Positions 18,002-27,790 of a stretch of DNA of 64,000 nucleotides are shown here, piece by piece (the stretch's first letter is position 1; each line of letters begins with the position of its first letter). Source of the stretch: a virus. The stretch lies in the IMG/VR virus record IMGVR_UViG_3300027503_000002; one strand, 5' to 3'. The position numbers were made by a program, and so were the translations under genes. Below the pieces are notes generated by a model, which was not told the origin of the DNA, did not search any database, and saw nothing but the letters and a program-made list of their open reading frames with translations.

Positions 18002-18649
18002 ATGGCAGAAATAACCAGAGACGATCTTTTGGGTCGATCAATAATCGAATTTGTTCAAAAGTTTAAAATACAAAAAGTATTAGAAATTGGATCTTGGGAT
18101 GGGACTGGGTCAACCTCTTGCTTCATCGAAGCAATGCTTCCTTTCGACGATAAGTCCCTTTCCTGTTTGGAAATTAATAAAGATAGGTTTGTTGATCTAG
18201 TTAAAAATACAAAAAAACACGAATGGATAAAGTGCTACAATGAATCGTCTATATCCTACAAATCTTTACTTTATAAGGATTTTGATAATATATGGCATTC
18301 ACCATTCAACGGACTGCCTAGAGAATACAACCCAAAACACATAGTAAAAGGCTGGTTTGAAGACGATGTTGTCAAACTTAAGCAAGTAGATGCGGGCTTT
18401 CTGGAAAGAGATAATTCGTTTTTTGACGGTGTCCTAATAGACGGAAGCGAGTTTACTGGTTTAAGTGAGTTTGAGTTATTGAAGAATAGGGTTAATTATC
18501 TTTTCTTGGATGATGTTTTTCACGCATTCAAGACGAGAGAGGTTGCAGATATTTTGCTTAGGGATTCTGGCTGGGAATGCCTTGGATATAGCCAGAACAC
18601 AAGAAATGGCTTTATGGTATTCAAGAGAAAAAATCTCATCAATGGATAA
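18002..18649 (+). CDS. Class I SAM-dependent methyltransferase
   Basis: VLEIGSWDGTGST, LSCLEIN, VLIDGSEF, LFLDD. Confidence 0.75.
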   Translation: MAEITRDDLLGRSIIEFVQKFKIQKVLEIGSWDGTGSTSCFIEAMLPFDDKSLSCLEINKDRFVDLVKNTKKHEWIKCYNESSISYKSLLYKDFDNIWHSPFNGLPREYNPKHIVKGWFEDDVVKLKQVDAGFLERDNSFFDGVLIDGSEFTGLSEFELLKNRVNYLFLDDVFHAFKTREVADILLRDSGWECLGYSQNTRNGFMVFKRKNLING

Positions 18650-19589
18650 TCCAAAGGATATTTTAACAAAGTTTTATTCTTCAAAAAAATGCACTAGGCC
18701 GATATTAAAAGATCTTGATAAGATAAAAGAATCTAATGAGTTAAATTTAACAACTTTAAATATTGGACTTGGAGATGCAATTATTTTATCGTCTCTTACA
18801 AAAGACACTAGAAAAAAGTTAGATATTTATTCTTTAAATAGGCACTGGCAAACTTTGTGCAAATTTAATAATAAACTAAATCCATCAGTACAAGAGGCAA
18901 AGAACAGGATTAGAGTAGAGATCCTGCACTTTTTTGATTGCGGAAATGGACATCTGTATCAAAAAACACAAAGGGCTCTTGGCTTAGAAGTCGATACATT
19001 GCCTAAAGGATATCTAACTCCGACAGTAAAAACCTCTATTAGAAAAAATAGAATTGCTATTAATTTTTCTACTGGACCAAGCGGCCTAGATCTGTTATCT
19101 GTTGGATTTAAAAACCCAAGAAGACTAGAAGATAATGCCAAACTTGAAATTGAAAAATTTATCAAAAATTCAAATTATAGTTTTGTAGAAATAGGGACTG
19201 AAAGAATGTTCGACTTTGATAATGTTGAAGACTTCACAAACAGATCCGTTGAAGATTCACTGAATGAACTAAGCTCATGTGAATTTTTTATAGGGCTTAA
19301 TAGTGGCTTTATGAACGCAGCATCATGTTTTGATATTAAGTCAATTATCATTGTGAATGTGCCAAGAATAGAAGATCTTTATCTACCGATAATTGTTGAC
19401 TTCTACGATGACGAAACAAGAGCCGCGCAAGATCTTGAATGGCTGTTTCCGCAGAATGTGCATCTGCATCAAAATGGTGAAAATGAATTGGTTCCAATCG
19501 TATCAGAAGAAAATTTAAAAAAAGCAATTAATGGCGAGGTATATCCTTATTGGAAATTTGATTTTCTTGATCTAATATTTACAACATGA
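18642..19589 (+). CDS. GT9 (heptosyltransferase-like) glycosyltransferase
   Basis: IGLGDAI and FFIGLNSGFMNAASCF. Start moved to the ATG at 18642, overlapping the previous stop. Confidence 0.65.
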   Translation: MDNPKDILTKFYSSKKCTRPILKDLDKIKESNELNLTTLNIGLGDAIILSSLTKDTRKKLDIYSLNRHWQTLCKFNNKLNPSVQEAKNRIRVEILHFFDCGNGHLYQKTQRALGLEVDTLPKGYLTPTVKTSIRKNRIAINFSTGPSGLDLLSVGFKNPRRLEDNAKLEIEKFIKNSNYSFVEIGTERMFDFDNVEDFTNRSVEDSLNELSSCEFFIGLNSGFMNAASCFDIKSIIIVNVPRIEDLYLPIIVDFYDDETRAAQDLEWLFPQNVHLHQNGENELVPIVSEENLKKAINGEVYPYWKFDFLDLIFTT

Positions 19590-20728
19590 ACTGGCCGCTA
19601 AATGTAGACAACTTTACATTCGTTGATAGATTAAAAATTTGCTCCTTTATTCTTAATAAGAAGAACAGGTGGACGCAAGGGAATCTTATCTATCAGTTTG
19701 AACTAGCTATGGCGGATTTTGTTGACAGTAAGTACGCAGTATACTGTTCAAGCGGCTCAACTGCGAACACGATGATTGCGATGTATCTTGCTGACAAAGA
19801 GAAAGATAAGAATATCGTAGTTTTTCCATCTACAACTTGGGCCACATCAGTTGGACCATTTATTAGAGAAGGATTTTTACCAAAATTTATTGACGTATCC
19901 CTTGAGGATCTTTGCTTTAACTATGATCTGCTTGAGGACTTTGTATCAAAAAACAAAGATAATATTGCTGCAATCTTTCCGACAAGCCTGCTAGGATTTG
20001 TTCCAGATATCCCTAGATTAAAGAAAATAGCTCAAACTTATGGAGTAAGGCTAATGTTTGATAATTGCGAAAATACATTTGGGACTTATGATGGCAAAAA
20101 CGTATCATCTTTTGTTACCTCCACTACAAGTACTTATTTCGGCCACCATCTTCAAAGCATAGAAGGCGGATTTGTATTCACAAATGATGTAGATGAATAC
20201 GAATATTTCCTTATGCTTAGAAATCACGGGATGACAAGATCCGTAACAAATAATGCACGGTACGCCAATTTAGATGTTGATCCAAGATTTGATTTTTATT
20301 GCGTAGGGAATAATTTTCGAAACTCAGAAGTCCATGCGATGACTGGCCTTCTTGATCTCAAAAAAGCAGACAAACATATAGAAACGAGACGCAGGCTTTA
20401 CTCTTTATTTGACACATATCTTTCTGATCTTTATTATCTGCCGCCATTTGATGAAAAGAAGGAACATGTGGCTTTTGCCCTGCCAATCATACCGCTTAAG
20501 CAGGAAAGCAAGCAGCTCGCAATTAATTATTGCAATTCAAAGGGCATTGAAACAAGACCTATTATTTCTGGCAATCTGCTTAGACAAACTTGTTTTAAGC
20601 AGTTTGGCAACTACGCCGATTATCCAAATAGCGAGTTCCTGCATCACAATGGGTTCTATGTTGGTCTCCATACTAAACTCAAAGACTCTGACGTAAGAAA
20701 TTTAGCCAAAGATCTCAACACTATTTAA
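19586..20728 (+). CDS. DegT-family PLP enzyme, ColD-like GDP-4-keto-6-deoxymannose 3-dehydratase
   Basis: SSGSTAN, DNCE, STYFGHHLQSIEGG (His at the Schiff-base Lys position), LRNHG, GIETRPIISGNL. Confidence 0.75.
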   Translation: MNWPLNVDNFTFVDRLKICSFILNKKNRWTQGNLIYQFELAMADFVDSKYAVYCSSGSTANTMIAMYLADKEKDKNIVVFPSTTWATSVGPFIREGFLPKFIDVSLEDLCFNYDLLEDFVSKNKDNIAAIFPTSLLGFVPDIPRLKKIAQTYGVRLMFDNCENTFGTYDGKNVSSFVTSTTSTYFGHHLQSIEGGFVFTNDVDEYEYFLMLRNHGMTRSVTNNARYANLDVDPRFDFYCVGNNFRNSEVHAMTGLLDLKKADKHIETRRRLYSLFDTYLSDLYYLPPFDEKKEHVAFALPIIPLKQESKQLAINYCNSKGIETRPIISGNLLRQTCFKQFGNYADYPNSEFLHHNGFYVGLHTKLKDSDVRNLAKDLNTI

Positions 20729-20729
20729 A

Positions 20730-21086
20730 ATGTCAACCGAAAGAATAAATAAAATTAGCGAGCTTCTTCTAGAGGAGATCTCGGAACGGTTTGACAAAGA
20801 GCCGATCCACTCTTCTGATATCGAGTTTAGTGAAAGCTTCGCTGAAATCATGGATCGCTTTATTGTTCTGCACATTAGAATGTGGAAGCTGGAAGATGCG
20901 ATTGCCGATGCAAAGACGGACGCCGAAGTCGCAGACTTGAAAAGGAAAGTCGATTACTGTTTCAAAGATCGCCGCCCGAAGTTAACAAAGGCAATTAATT
21001 CATATCTTGACGTTTATGTTAACAAGAATAACGTCAAAAAGTTTTCAGAAGAAAACGTTAAACTTTATAAAGGATTTAAAAATTAA
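20730..21086 (+). CDS. Small helical protein (DUF4254-like), often found near sugar-nucleotide genes
   Basis: EIMDRFIVLHIRMWKLED...R..L..AIN. Confidence 0.45.
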   Translation: MSTERINKISELLLEEISERFDKEPIHSSDIEFSESFAEIMDRFIVLHIRMWKLEDAIADAKTDAEVADLKRKVDYCFKDRRPKLTKAINSYLDVYVNKNNVKKFSEENVKLYKGFKN

Positions 21087-22114
21087 TGAAAAAAGTAATC
21101 ATTACAGGAGTTACTGGTCAGGATGGTAGTCATATGGCAGATTACCTTTTAACTAACACTGATGTTCAAATTTTTGGTGCAGTTCGTCGTCTTAGTGTTT
21201 CCAACCATAAAAATATTAGCCATATTTCCGATCCAAGATTCAAGCTTATCGACCTTGATATTGGTGACCCAGAAAGCGTAAATAACGCGATATTCAAATA
21301 CAAGCCGGATTATTTTATTAATTTAGCGGCAAACTCCTTTGTAGGGACAAGTTGGGAAATGCCAGTCAACCATATGCAAACCAACTGTATGGGAGTGCTT
21401 TATCAACTTGAGGCAATTAGAAAGTTTGTTCCAAACTGTCGCTACTACAACGCAGGCTCCTCAGAGGAATTTGGAGATGTTACCTTTAGCCCCCAAACAG
21501 AATTTCATCCACTTAGACCCAGAAGTCCATACGGAGCATCAAAAGCTGCCGCAAGACAAGTTGTAAAAGTATGGAGAGACTCTTACAATCTTTATGCAGT
21601 TCAAGGCTGGCTTTTTAATCACGAAGGAACTCGCAGAGGCTCAGAGTTTGTCACTAGAAAGATCACCAAGGGAGTTGCAAAAATTAAAAAGGCAATAGAC
21701 TCAAATAACTTTATTGAGGCTATAAAGCTAGGCAATCTTGAGTCAAAGCGCGATTGGAGTGATGCTGAAGACTTTGTTCATGGTATTTGGCTGATGCTTA
21801 ATCAGGAAAAGCCAAAGGACTATGTGCTTTCTTCTGACGAAACTCATACTGTTAGAGAATTTGTAGAACTGTCTTTTGCTGCGGCTGGTATCGAAGGTCA
21901 ATGGCTCGGCAACCGAGGAACCATCGAAGAAGTCTTTATAAATAAGGAAAGCAGACTTCCTATGGTAATGATCGATCCAAAGTTCTTCCGCCCAGCTGAA
22001 GTCGAACTGCTTCTTGGCGATTCTACAATGGCCAGAAGTGAGCTTGGCTGGCGACCCAAGACAAGCTTCTTCCAGCTTGTTAAAAAGATGACGCTCAACG
22101 ACCTTGCTCAATGA
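21086..22114 (+). CDS. gmd: GDP-mannose 4,6-dehydratase
   Basis: ITGVTGQDGS, SSEEFG, PRSPYGASK, LFNHE, FVTRKIT, LGNLESKRDW, FRPAEVELLLGD. Confidence 0.95.
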   Translation: MKKVIITGVTGQDGSHMADYLLTNTDVQIFGAVRRLSVSNHKNISHISDPRFKLIDLDIGDPESVNNAIFKYKPDYFINLAANSFVGTSWEMPVNHMQTNCMGVLYQLEAIRKFVPNCRYYNAGSSEEFGDVTFSPQTEFHPLRPRSPYGASKAAARQVVKVWRDSYNLYAVQGWLFNHEGTRRGSEFVTRKITKGVAKIKKAIDSNNFIEAIKLGNLESKRDWSDAEDFVHGIWLMLNQEKPKDYVLSSDETHTVREFVELSFAAAGIEGQWLGNRGTIEEVFINKESRLPMVMIDPKFFRPAEVELLLGDSTMARSELGWRPKTSFFQLVKKMTLNDLAQ

Positions 22115-23061
22115 ACCATATCCTAGCTTATTGCGTACTGAATGAATTTCATCCATCAAGATTAAATATCTCAAGAGATTTAAACAGCGTAAATCTTTTT
22201 AGAAACGAAGCTCACTGCTCCATCTCTAGGGATGGAGTTCGTGTTTTAAGAAAGTCAAATTGGATCGACGAGATACGACTTAATTTCTTTATCCAATTTA
22301 CAGACGCAACCATTAGAAGCTATAATTTGTGCGATCTTGATTTTGAAGCCATTGTAAACTTTAACGATGGTCCGCAGAACGACTCAAAGGAAACAAGGCT
22401 GTGCTTTGCGCGTCCAAGAAACAGTCCACACATCTGCATTCCAGATTCTCATTTGTCGCGAACAGCTAGCATCTGTAGCCAAATAGAGAGCGTGGATATT
22501 CCATTTGAAGAAAAAATGGATAAAGCGATTTTTTGCGGGTCAGATACTGGCGCAAAGCACAATGGTTCAGTGCAAAGAATTGATCTTTGCAGAAAGTACA
22601 GATACAGCCAACTAGTAGACGCTAAGATTACAAACTTTGTCGAATTTCCCTTTGAGGATGGCATCGCTGGAGCTTATATCAGTATTGCTGATCAATTAAA
22701 ATATAAATATATTTTAAATGTCAATGGCAACACCACATCTTGGGAGAGGCTAATCTGGGCAATGAAATCAAATTCTATTTGTATTTATGTTCGCCCTCCG
22801 TCGTATCAAGATGAGATTTCTTGGTACTATCATATGTTTGATGTCATTCAGGGCGTAATTTATGTTGATCAAGACTGTATCGAACACTTTATGGCACAGA
22901 TGGGAAATGATAAAAATTACATTCAATCAATTAAAAATTGTCAAAAATATCTAGCAAATGCTCTTGACAAACCAGACGTTCATGCCGCATACTTCTCCGC
23001 AATCCTAAAAGCTTATAACAGTTATTACAATGGAGGCGGCGATGTTCAAAAACTCAGTTAA
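22111..23061 (+). CDS. GT90 (CAP10/POGLUT-like) glycosyltransferase
   Basis: IPFEEKMDKAIFCGSDTG, RIDLC, DQLKYKYILNVNGNTTSWERLIWAMKSNS, WYY. Confidence 0.75.
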   Translation: MNHILAYCVLNEFHPSRLNISRDLNSVNLFRNEAHCSISRDGVRVLRKSNWIDEIRLNFFIQFTDATIRSYNLCDLDFEAIVNFNDGPQNDSKETRLCFARPRNSPHICIPDSHLSRTASICSQIESVDIPFEEKMDKAIFCGSDTGAKHNGSVQRIDLCRKYRYSQLVDAKITNFVEFPFEDGIAGAYISIADQLKYKYILNVNGNTTSWERLIWAMKSNSICIYVRPPSYQDEISWYYHMFDVIQGVIYVDQDCIEHFMAQMGNDKNYIQSIKNCQKYLANALDKPDVHAAYFSAILKAYNSYYNGGGDVQKLS

Positions 23062-23665
23062 CTTAATCGGTATCTATGGCGACGATCTTACTCACGCTTG
23101 TTCTGCTTGGACTTCAACCAGTCGTGACATCAATGAAGAAAAGAAGGGCAGAGTGGGCGATCTACTCAAGATGCTGGCTGAAAATGGACACCACACTCCC
23201 TTTGAAAAATCCTCCCTGCATTTTCTAATAAAGACAGACATAGCCTCTCATATTCATCTAATCAAGCATAGAGTTGGCGTATCGGTAAACGGAGAATCTG
23301 CAAGATACAAGGAGATCAAAGAGGATGACTATCTTGTTCCGCAAGATTGGCCAGATACTTGGAAGGAGATCCTCTCTACCCATACCGAAAGAGGAATGGA
23401 TCTGTATCACAAGTGTATCGAAGACCTAGTTAAGAACTATGGCTTCACCAGAAAGCGCGCAAAGGAGTCAGCTAGATTCTTCCGTGGGTATAATACCCAG
23501 ATTACAAGCGATGTAATGTTTAATTGGCGCTCGTTTTATCACTTCTTAAACCTTCGTAATAAGCAAGATGCACAAGTAGAGATTCGCAATATTGCATCAG
23601 AGATGCTTGAACTTGTAAAAGAAACCAACAAGTTCCCACTTACAATACAAGCTTTTAAGCTTTAA
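23042..23665 (+). CDS. thyX: FAD-dependent thymidylate synthase
   Basis: GHHTPFE, KHRVGVSVNGESARY, KESAR, NWRSFYHFLNLR..DAQVEIR. Confidence 0.9.
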   Translation: MFKNSVNLIGIYGDDLTHACSAWTSTSRDINEEKKGRVGDLLKMLAENGHHTPFEKSSLHFLIKTDIASHIHLIKHRVGVSVNGESARYKEIKEDDYLVPQDWPDTWKEILSTHTERGMDLYHKCIEDLVKNYGFTRKRAKESARFFRGYNTQITSDVMFNWRSFYHFLNLRNKQDAQVEIRNIASEMLELVKETNKFPLTIQAFKL

Positions 23666-23672
23666 GTGTAAA
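23666..23672 (+). promoter_or_regulatory. GTGTAAA motif, putative late promoter
   Basis: Starts 14 nt before the GTG at 23680. Confidence 0.6.
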
Positions 23673-23679
23673 TAGTGGT

Positions 23680-24111
23680 GTGACCACTGAACTCATAAGC
23701 CTGTTTGGCGGCGCCATAACAGGCTTTATTTTTAGAATAATTGCATTAAAGGCAGAAGAAAGCAAGAATCGCTTTGATCGGATGATGAACGCAATTGATA
23801 AGCAGGACGAATCTGCTGACAAAGCAGCAAACAGAGACCCAGATTTTGGCAAGGTAATTAGACGAATGATAGTGATGTCGGTCATATTCTCTATCGTTAT
23901 ATCTCCGTTTGTGATGGCAATTCTTGGAATCCCAACTTATTTAGAAGTTAGTTATCAGGATGGCGGCGGGCTGTTTGGCTTTTTAGCCGATAAAACCAAG
24001 ACCGCCTTTGTTGAAATTTCTGGCAATTTAATTACCACCGAGATAAGACAGTGCCTAATCGCCATTACTGGATTTTATTTTGGTTCTGCCGCCGCAGCAA
24101 ATAAGTCCTGA
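23680..24111 (+). CDS. Small membrane protein, holin-like
   Basis: Two to three hydrophobic segments; C-terminal ITGFYFGS resembles 3TM-holin endings. Confidence 0.5.
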   Translation: MTTELISLFGGAITGFIFRIIALKAEESKNRFDRMMNAIDKQDESADKAANRDPDFGKVIRRMIVMSVIFSIVISPFVMAILGIPTYLEVSYQDGGGLFGFLADKTKTAFVEISGNLITTEIRQCLIAITGFYFGSAAAANKS

Positions 24112-24150
24112 AAGGCTTGACAAGGTTAGGGAGATCGCTGAAGCTGGGTT

Positions 24151-24480
24151 ATGAAGCAAAGGATTAATAGGCGAAATTATATTAATAATTTTGTCAACAT
24201 TCCTAAGAATGCTGGCAAAGAATTCTGGATCAAGGAGATGGTATTATTCAAGAGACTTGAAGCCACTTATGGGATCGAGTTTCTTTCGCAATTTGTTCCA
24301 CCAGAAAAGATTGCATCACTTGCGATGTTCTTTTCTGATTATGGCAAGAAAAGGCTTGAAAGCTACAAGAACCAATTTTACTATCGTCCACAAGTTATCG
24401 AACGTCCGGTTATCTCCGAAAAAGTTGGAGATGACGTTCAAATTAAAACCAAAAAAACACTTAGAGATTTTCTACAATGA
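24151..24480 (+). CDS. Hypothetical protein
   Basis: Intact ORF preceded by TTGACA (24117) and coupled to recA by an ATGA overlap. Confidence 0.6.
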   Translation: MKQRINRRNYINNFVNIPKNAGKEFWIKEMVLFKRLEATYGIEFLSQFVPPEKIASLAMFFSDYGKKRLESYKNQFYYRPQVIERPVISEKVGDDVQIKTKKTLRDFLQ

Positions 24481-25634
24481 GCAAGAAGGCAAAAGAAGAA
24501 CAGAAAGAAGATGGCATTTCATCCAAGAGTATTCTTGGCGATTTTTTAAAGTCCAACAAGGACGACCATTACAATTTCGAAGAGTCTGTAAACTACAAGG
24601 TTTCTACAGGCTCTTTGAATATGGATATGCAAACAGGCGGCGGTCTTGGACCAGGTCTACATCGCTTCGTAGGCTTTACCGAGGGCGGCAAGACCTCTGC
24701 GTCACTTGAGGTTATGCGGAACTTCCTCAATACCGTTCCAAGCTCAAAGGGCTTTTATATTAAAGCCGAGGGTCGCCTTTCCCCAGAGATGCAAAAGAGA
24801 AGCGGAGTAAAGTTCGTGTTTGACCCGTCCGAATGGGAGGCTGGCACCTGTTTTGTTTTTGAATCGAACATCTATGAGACCGTCGTAGACGCAATGCGAA
24901 AGCTGGTAATGTACAACGACGAAAAGAACAAGTATATGTTCATCGTTGATTCTGTTGACGGACTCATTGCGAAGAACGATCTTGATAAGACTTTTGAAGA
25001 GTCTGTAAAGGTCGCTGGTGGCGCCGTTATCGCAGCAAACCTTATGAAAAAGATTTCTATCGCGCTTACCAAGCGCGGGCATATGGCGATCTTTATCTCT
25101 CAGGTCAGAAGCGATATCAAACTGGACCCTTACAGTTCAGCACCAATCCGCCAAACATCCGCCACTGGTGGCAATGCCCTGCTTCACTTTGCTAATTTTA
25201 TCTTTGAATTTGAGCCTCGCTTTGAGGGAGATATTATCCTTAAAGACCCAAGCATAAAGAAGTCAGACCCGATAAAAAACCCAATCATCGGACACAACTG
25301 TAAGATTTATATCAAAAAAAGTCCAAATGAGAAGAGCAAGAATAGAGTTACATATCCAATCAAGTATGGACGCAGCAATGGCAGATCCGTATGGGTTGAG
25401 AAGGAGATTGTTGATATGCTGCTTACTTGGGAACTCGTAAGTCGTGCTGGAGCTTGGTATGCCGTATCGGAAGATCTTGCCAAAATTGCCAAGGATATCG
25501 GCATAGATATGCCTGAAAAATTTCAAGGGGAAAACGCGGTCTTTGAATTTATTGAAGCCAACGAAAAGCTGACTAAGACCCTGCACAAGTACTTCATTAA
25601 TATTATCGCTGAGAACTCAGCAAATGAAGTTTAA
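24477..25634 (+). CDS. recA: RecA/UvsX-like recombinase
   Basis: VSTGSLNMD, GFTEGGKTS Walker A, FIVDSV, IFISQVR, TGGNALLHFA, LVSRAGAWY. Confidence 0.88.
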   Translation: MSKKAKEEQKEDGISSKSILGDFLKSNKDDHYNFEESVNYKVSTGSLNMDMQTGGGLGPGLHRFVGFTEGGKTSASLEVMRNFLNTVPSSKGFYIKAEGRLSPEMQKRSGVKFVFDPSEWEAGTCFVFESNIYETVVDAMRKLVMYNDEKNKYMFIVDSVDGLIAKNDLDKTFEESVKVAGGAVIAANLMKKISIALTKRGHMAIFISQVRSDIKLDPYSSAPIRQTSATGGNALLHFANFIFEFEPRFEGDIILKDPSIKKSDPIKNPIIGHNCKIYIKKSPNEKSKNRVTYPIKYGRSNGRSVWVEKEIVDMLLTWELVSRAGAWYAVSEDLAKIAKDIGIDMPEKFQGENAVFEFIEANEKLTKTLHKYFINIIAENSANEV

Positions 25635-26034
25635 GACCCTAAATGGCAAAGAGCGCTTTCTTAAAAATGCTAAAAAATACATAATTAATTGGGAAGCGAA
25701 ATCCAAAAGCAACATCCAATGGAGGGTAAAGCAGTTTTTATTACCCTACTGGAAGTACGACGTTGTGTTTGAGGAGATAAGGGTTGTAGGAACCCGCCTA
25801 TCTCTTGACATTTATAATGCAAATAAAAAGATAGCGATAGAGGTTCAGGGCAAGCAGCATCAAACCTACAACCCTTATTTCCACGGCAATGATCGGCGTA
25901 AGTGGTTGTCCCAGCTTAAACGTGACGATTTAAAGTTGCAATTTTGCTTGACAAACGGCATAAAGCTGGTAGAAATCTACGAGACCGATCTCATCTGCAA
26001 AGAAACGTTCGAAAAGCAAGGAATCATTTTATAA
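25624..26034 (+). CDS. PD-(D/E)XK / Vsr-DUF559-like endonuclease
   Basis: LSLDIY...IAIEVQGKQH...RDDLK...GIKLVEI. Confidence 0.7.
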   Translation: MKFKTLNGKERFLKNAKKYIINWEAKSKSNIQWRVKQFLLPYWKYDVVFEEIRVVGTRLSLDIYNANKKIAIEVQGKQHQTYNPYFHGNDRRKWLSQLKRDDLKLQFCLTNGIKLVEIYETDLICKETFEKQGIIL

Positions 26035-26273
26035 TGAGCCAAGAATCAAAAGATAAGGAATTTTTGTTCCCACCAGAGATGGTTGAGCAAATTTACGAAC
26101 TCTCTGGAGGCGCAGAGAGTTATAAAGGCTTAATCCTATGTGTATGCACCCAGAATGGAGTGCCTCAAATCTTTACTAGATTTGATTCCGTAGTAACTTC
26201 CCTTGGTCTTAAAAAGGCGCTTGAGGAATATCTCAACTCTGAAGAGATGGATGTTAGAGACGACGAAATCTAA
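26034..26273 (+). CDS. Hypothetical protein
   Basis: TAATG coupling on both sides; start MSQESK at 26034. Confidence 0.6.
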   Translation: MSQESKDKEFLFPPEMVEQIYELSGGAESYKGLILCVCTQNGVPQIFTRFDSVVTSLGLKKALEEYLNSEEMDVRDDEI

Positions 26274-27790
26274 TGCTTTATTCCCTAGAAGTAGAGAAGC
26301 AGCTTTTGGCTGGACTTATCCAGCACCCAGATGCCTACGCAGAGATCTGCGACTTCATATCTGAAGCTGATTTTTATTCTGAAGAAACGGTCGTTCACAA
26401 GACGATCTACCACATTCTCCGAAAGTGTATGGAGAGCAATGAGAAGATTGACGAGATCATCATTGCTCAAAGAATCAAGGAAATCGGTATATCCTTTGAG
26501 GATAATATCGACATCTTCGACTATCTTCGCTCTCTCGCTCTTCGCAAGACGAACAAATCCACCGCAGTTTCTGCGGCGAAAGAGATTAAAAAATACTCTA
26601 TTCGCCGCACAATCCACAGGTCAGCTTTGGACGTAGCGGACAAGATGAAGAAAATCGCTCCCGATTCTTCTTATCAGAAGATCATCGAAGAAGCCGATTC
26701 CGCATTTAATAAGACAATCAATCTTTATGAAAACAATGATGAAAAGCCCGTTAACATCTTTGAGGAAATGGAGAATGTTATTGAAGAGCGCGGGAACAAC
26801 CCTATTACTGAATTTGGCTTCATGGGGCCATTCCCAACTGTTAACAAGATTTACGGCTCTCTTCTGAGACCGGGCAACATCTCAGTTATCGTTGCTCGCT
26901 CTGGCGTAGGCAAGACCCTGCTTGCCTTAAACTATTCTACCAAGGTTTCAGCAAAGTACGATGTGCCCGTTCTTCATTTTGATAATGGAGAAATGAGTAA
27001 AGAAGAAGTGATTATGCGCCAATGCGCTGCGCTTAGTCACGTTCCAGTTCACTTGCTTGAGAGCGGACTCTGGCGCAAGGCTGGTGCAGAGACTGTCGAT
27101 AAGGTCAGGGCAACTTGGAATCAAATCAAGAATCTAAAGTTCTACTACTACAACGTAGGTGGAATGACAACCGACCAGATGATCAATAATCTGAAGAGGT
27201 TTTATTACTCAAGAATTGGCCGAGGCAATCCGCTCATCTTTAGCTTTGACTACATCAAGCCTTCTGCCGATTCGGACAGCAATAAGCCGGAATGGCAAGT
27301 GATCGGAGATATGTTGAATAAGTTTAAGAAGACTATCCAGAGAGATATCGTGCAAGATCAAAAGCCCTGTATTACGATGTTCACATCTGTTCAGTCTAAC
27401 CGTAGCGGTGTTACTACCAACCGTGCAGCAGACGCAATCAATGATGACGAAAGCATTGTTTCGATGTCTGACCGAATTACTCATTATTGTTCACATATGG
27501 CAATCCTGCGCCAAAAGACTCTTGATGAGCGGGCCGAGGAAGGTCAGGACTTTGGTACGCATAAATTAATTTTTGTTAAAAATAGATTCTTGGGCTCCGA
27601 TATTGCTGGCGCCGTTGAACCCGTCAGAATGCCAGATGGCACTCTGAAGCGTAATTTTATCAATCTTCGTTTTAACAACTTTGATGTTGAAGAGCGCGGA
27701 GACCTCCGCGATATTGTCCGAGCAATGGATACTGGAATCAGTCCACTTGAGCAAAACAATGACCAGAACGATGTCCCGAACTTCAATTGA
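26273..27790 (+). CDS. dnaB: DnaB-like replicative helicase
   Basis: N-terminal EKQLLAGLI..P; VARSGVGKT, GEMS, FDYI, QSNR, KNRF. Confidence 0.9.
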   Translation: MLYSLEVEKQLLAGLIQHPDAYAEICDFISEADFYSEETVVHKTIYHILRKCMESNEKIDEIIIAQRIKEIGISFEDNIDIFDYLRSLALRKTNKSTAVSAAKEIKKYSIRRTIHRSALDVADKMKKIAPDSSYQKIIEEADSAFNKTINLYENNDEKPVNIFEEMENVIEERGNNPITEFGFMGPFPTVNKIYGSLLRPGNISVIVARSGVGKTLLALNYSTKVSAKYDVPVLHFDNGEMSKEEVIMRQCAALSHVPVHLLESGLWRKAGAETVDKVRATWNQIKNLKFYYYNVGGMTTDQMINNLKRFYYSRIGRGNPLIFSFDYIKPSADSDSNKPEWQVIGDMLNKFKKTIQRDIVQDQKPCITMFTSVQSNRSGVTTNRAADAINDDESIVSMSDRITHYCSHMAILRQKTLDERAEEGQDFGTHKLIFVKNRFLGSDIAGAVEPVRMPDGTLKRNFINLRFNNFDVEERGDLRDIVRAMDTGISPLEQNNDQNDVPNFN

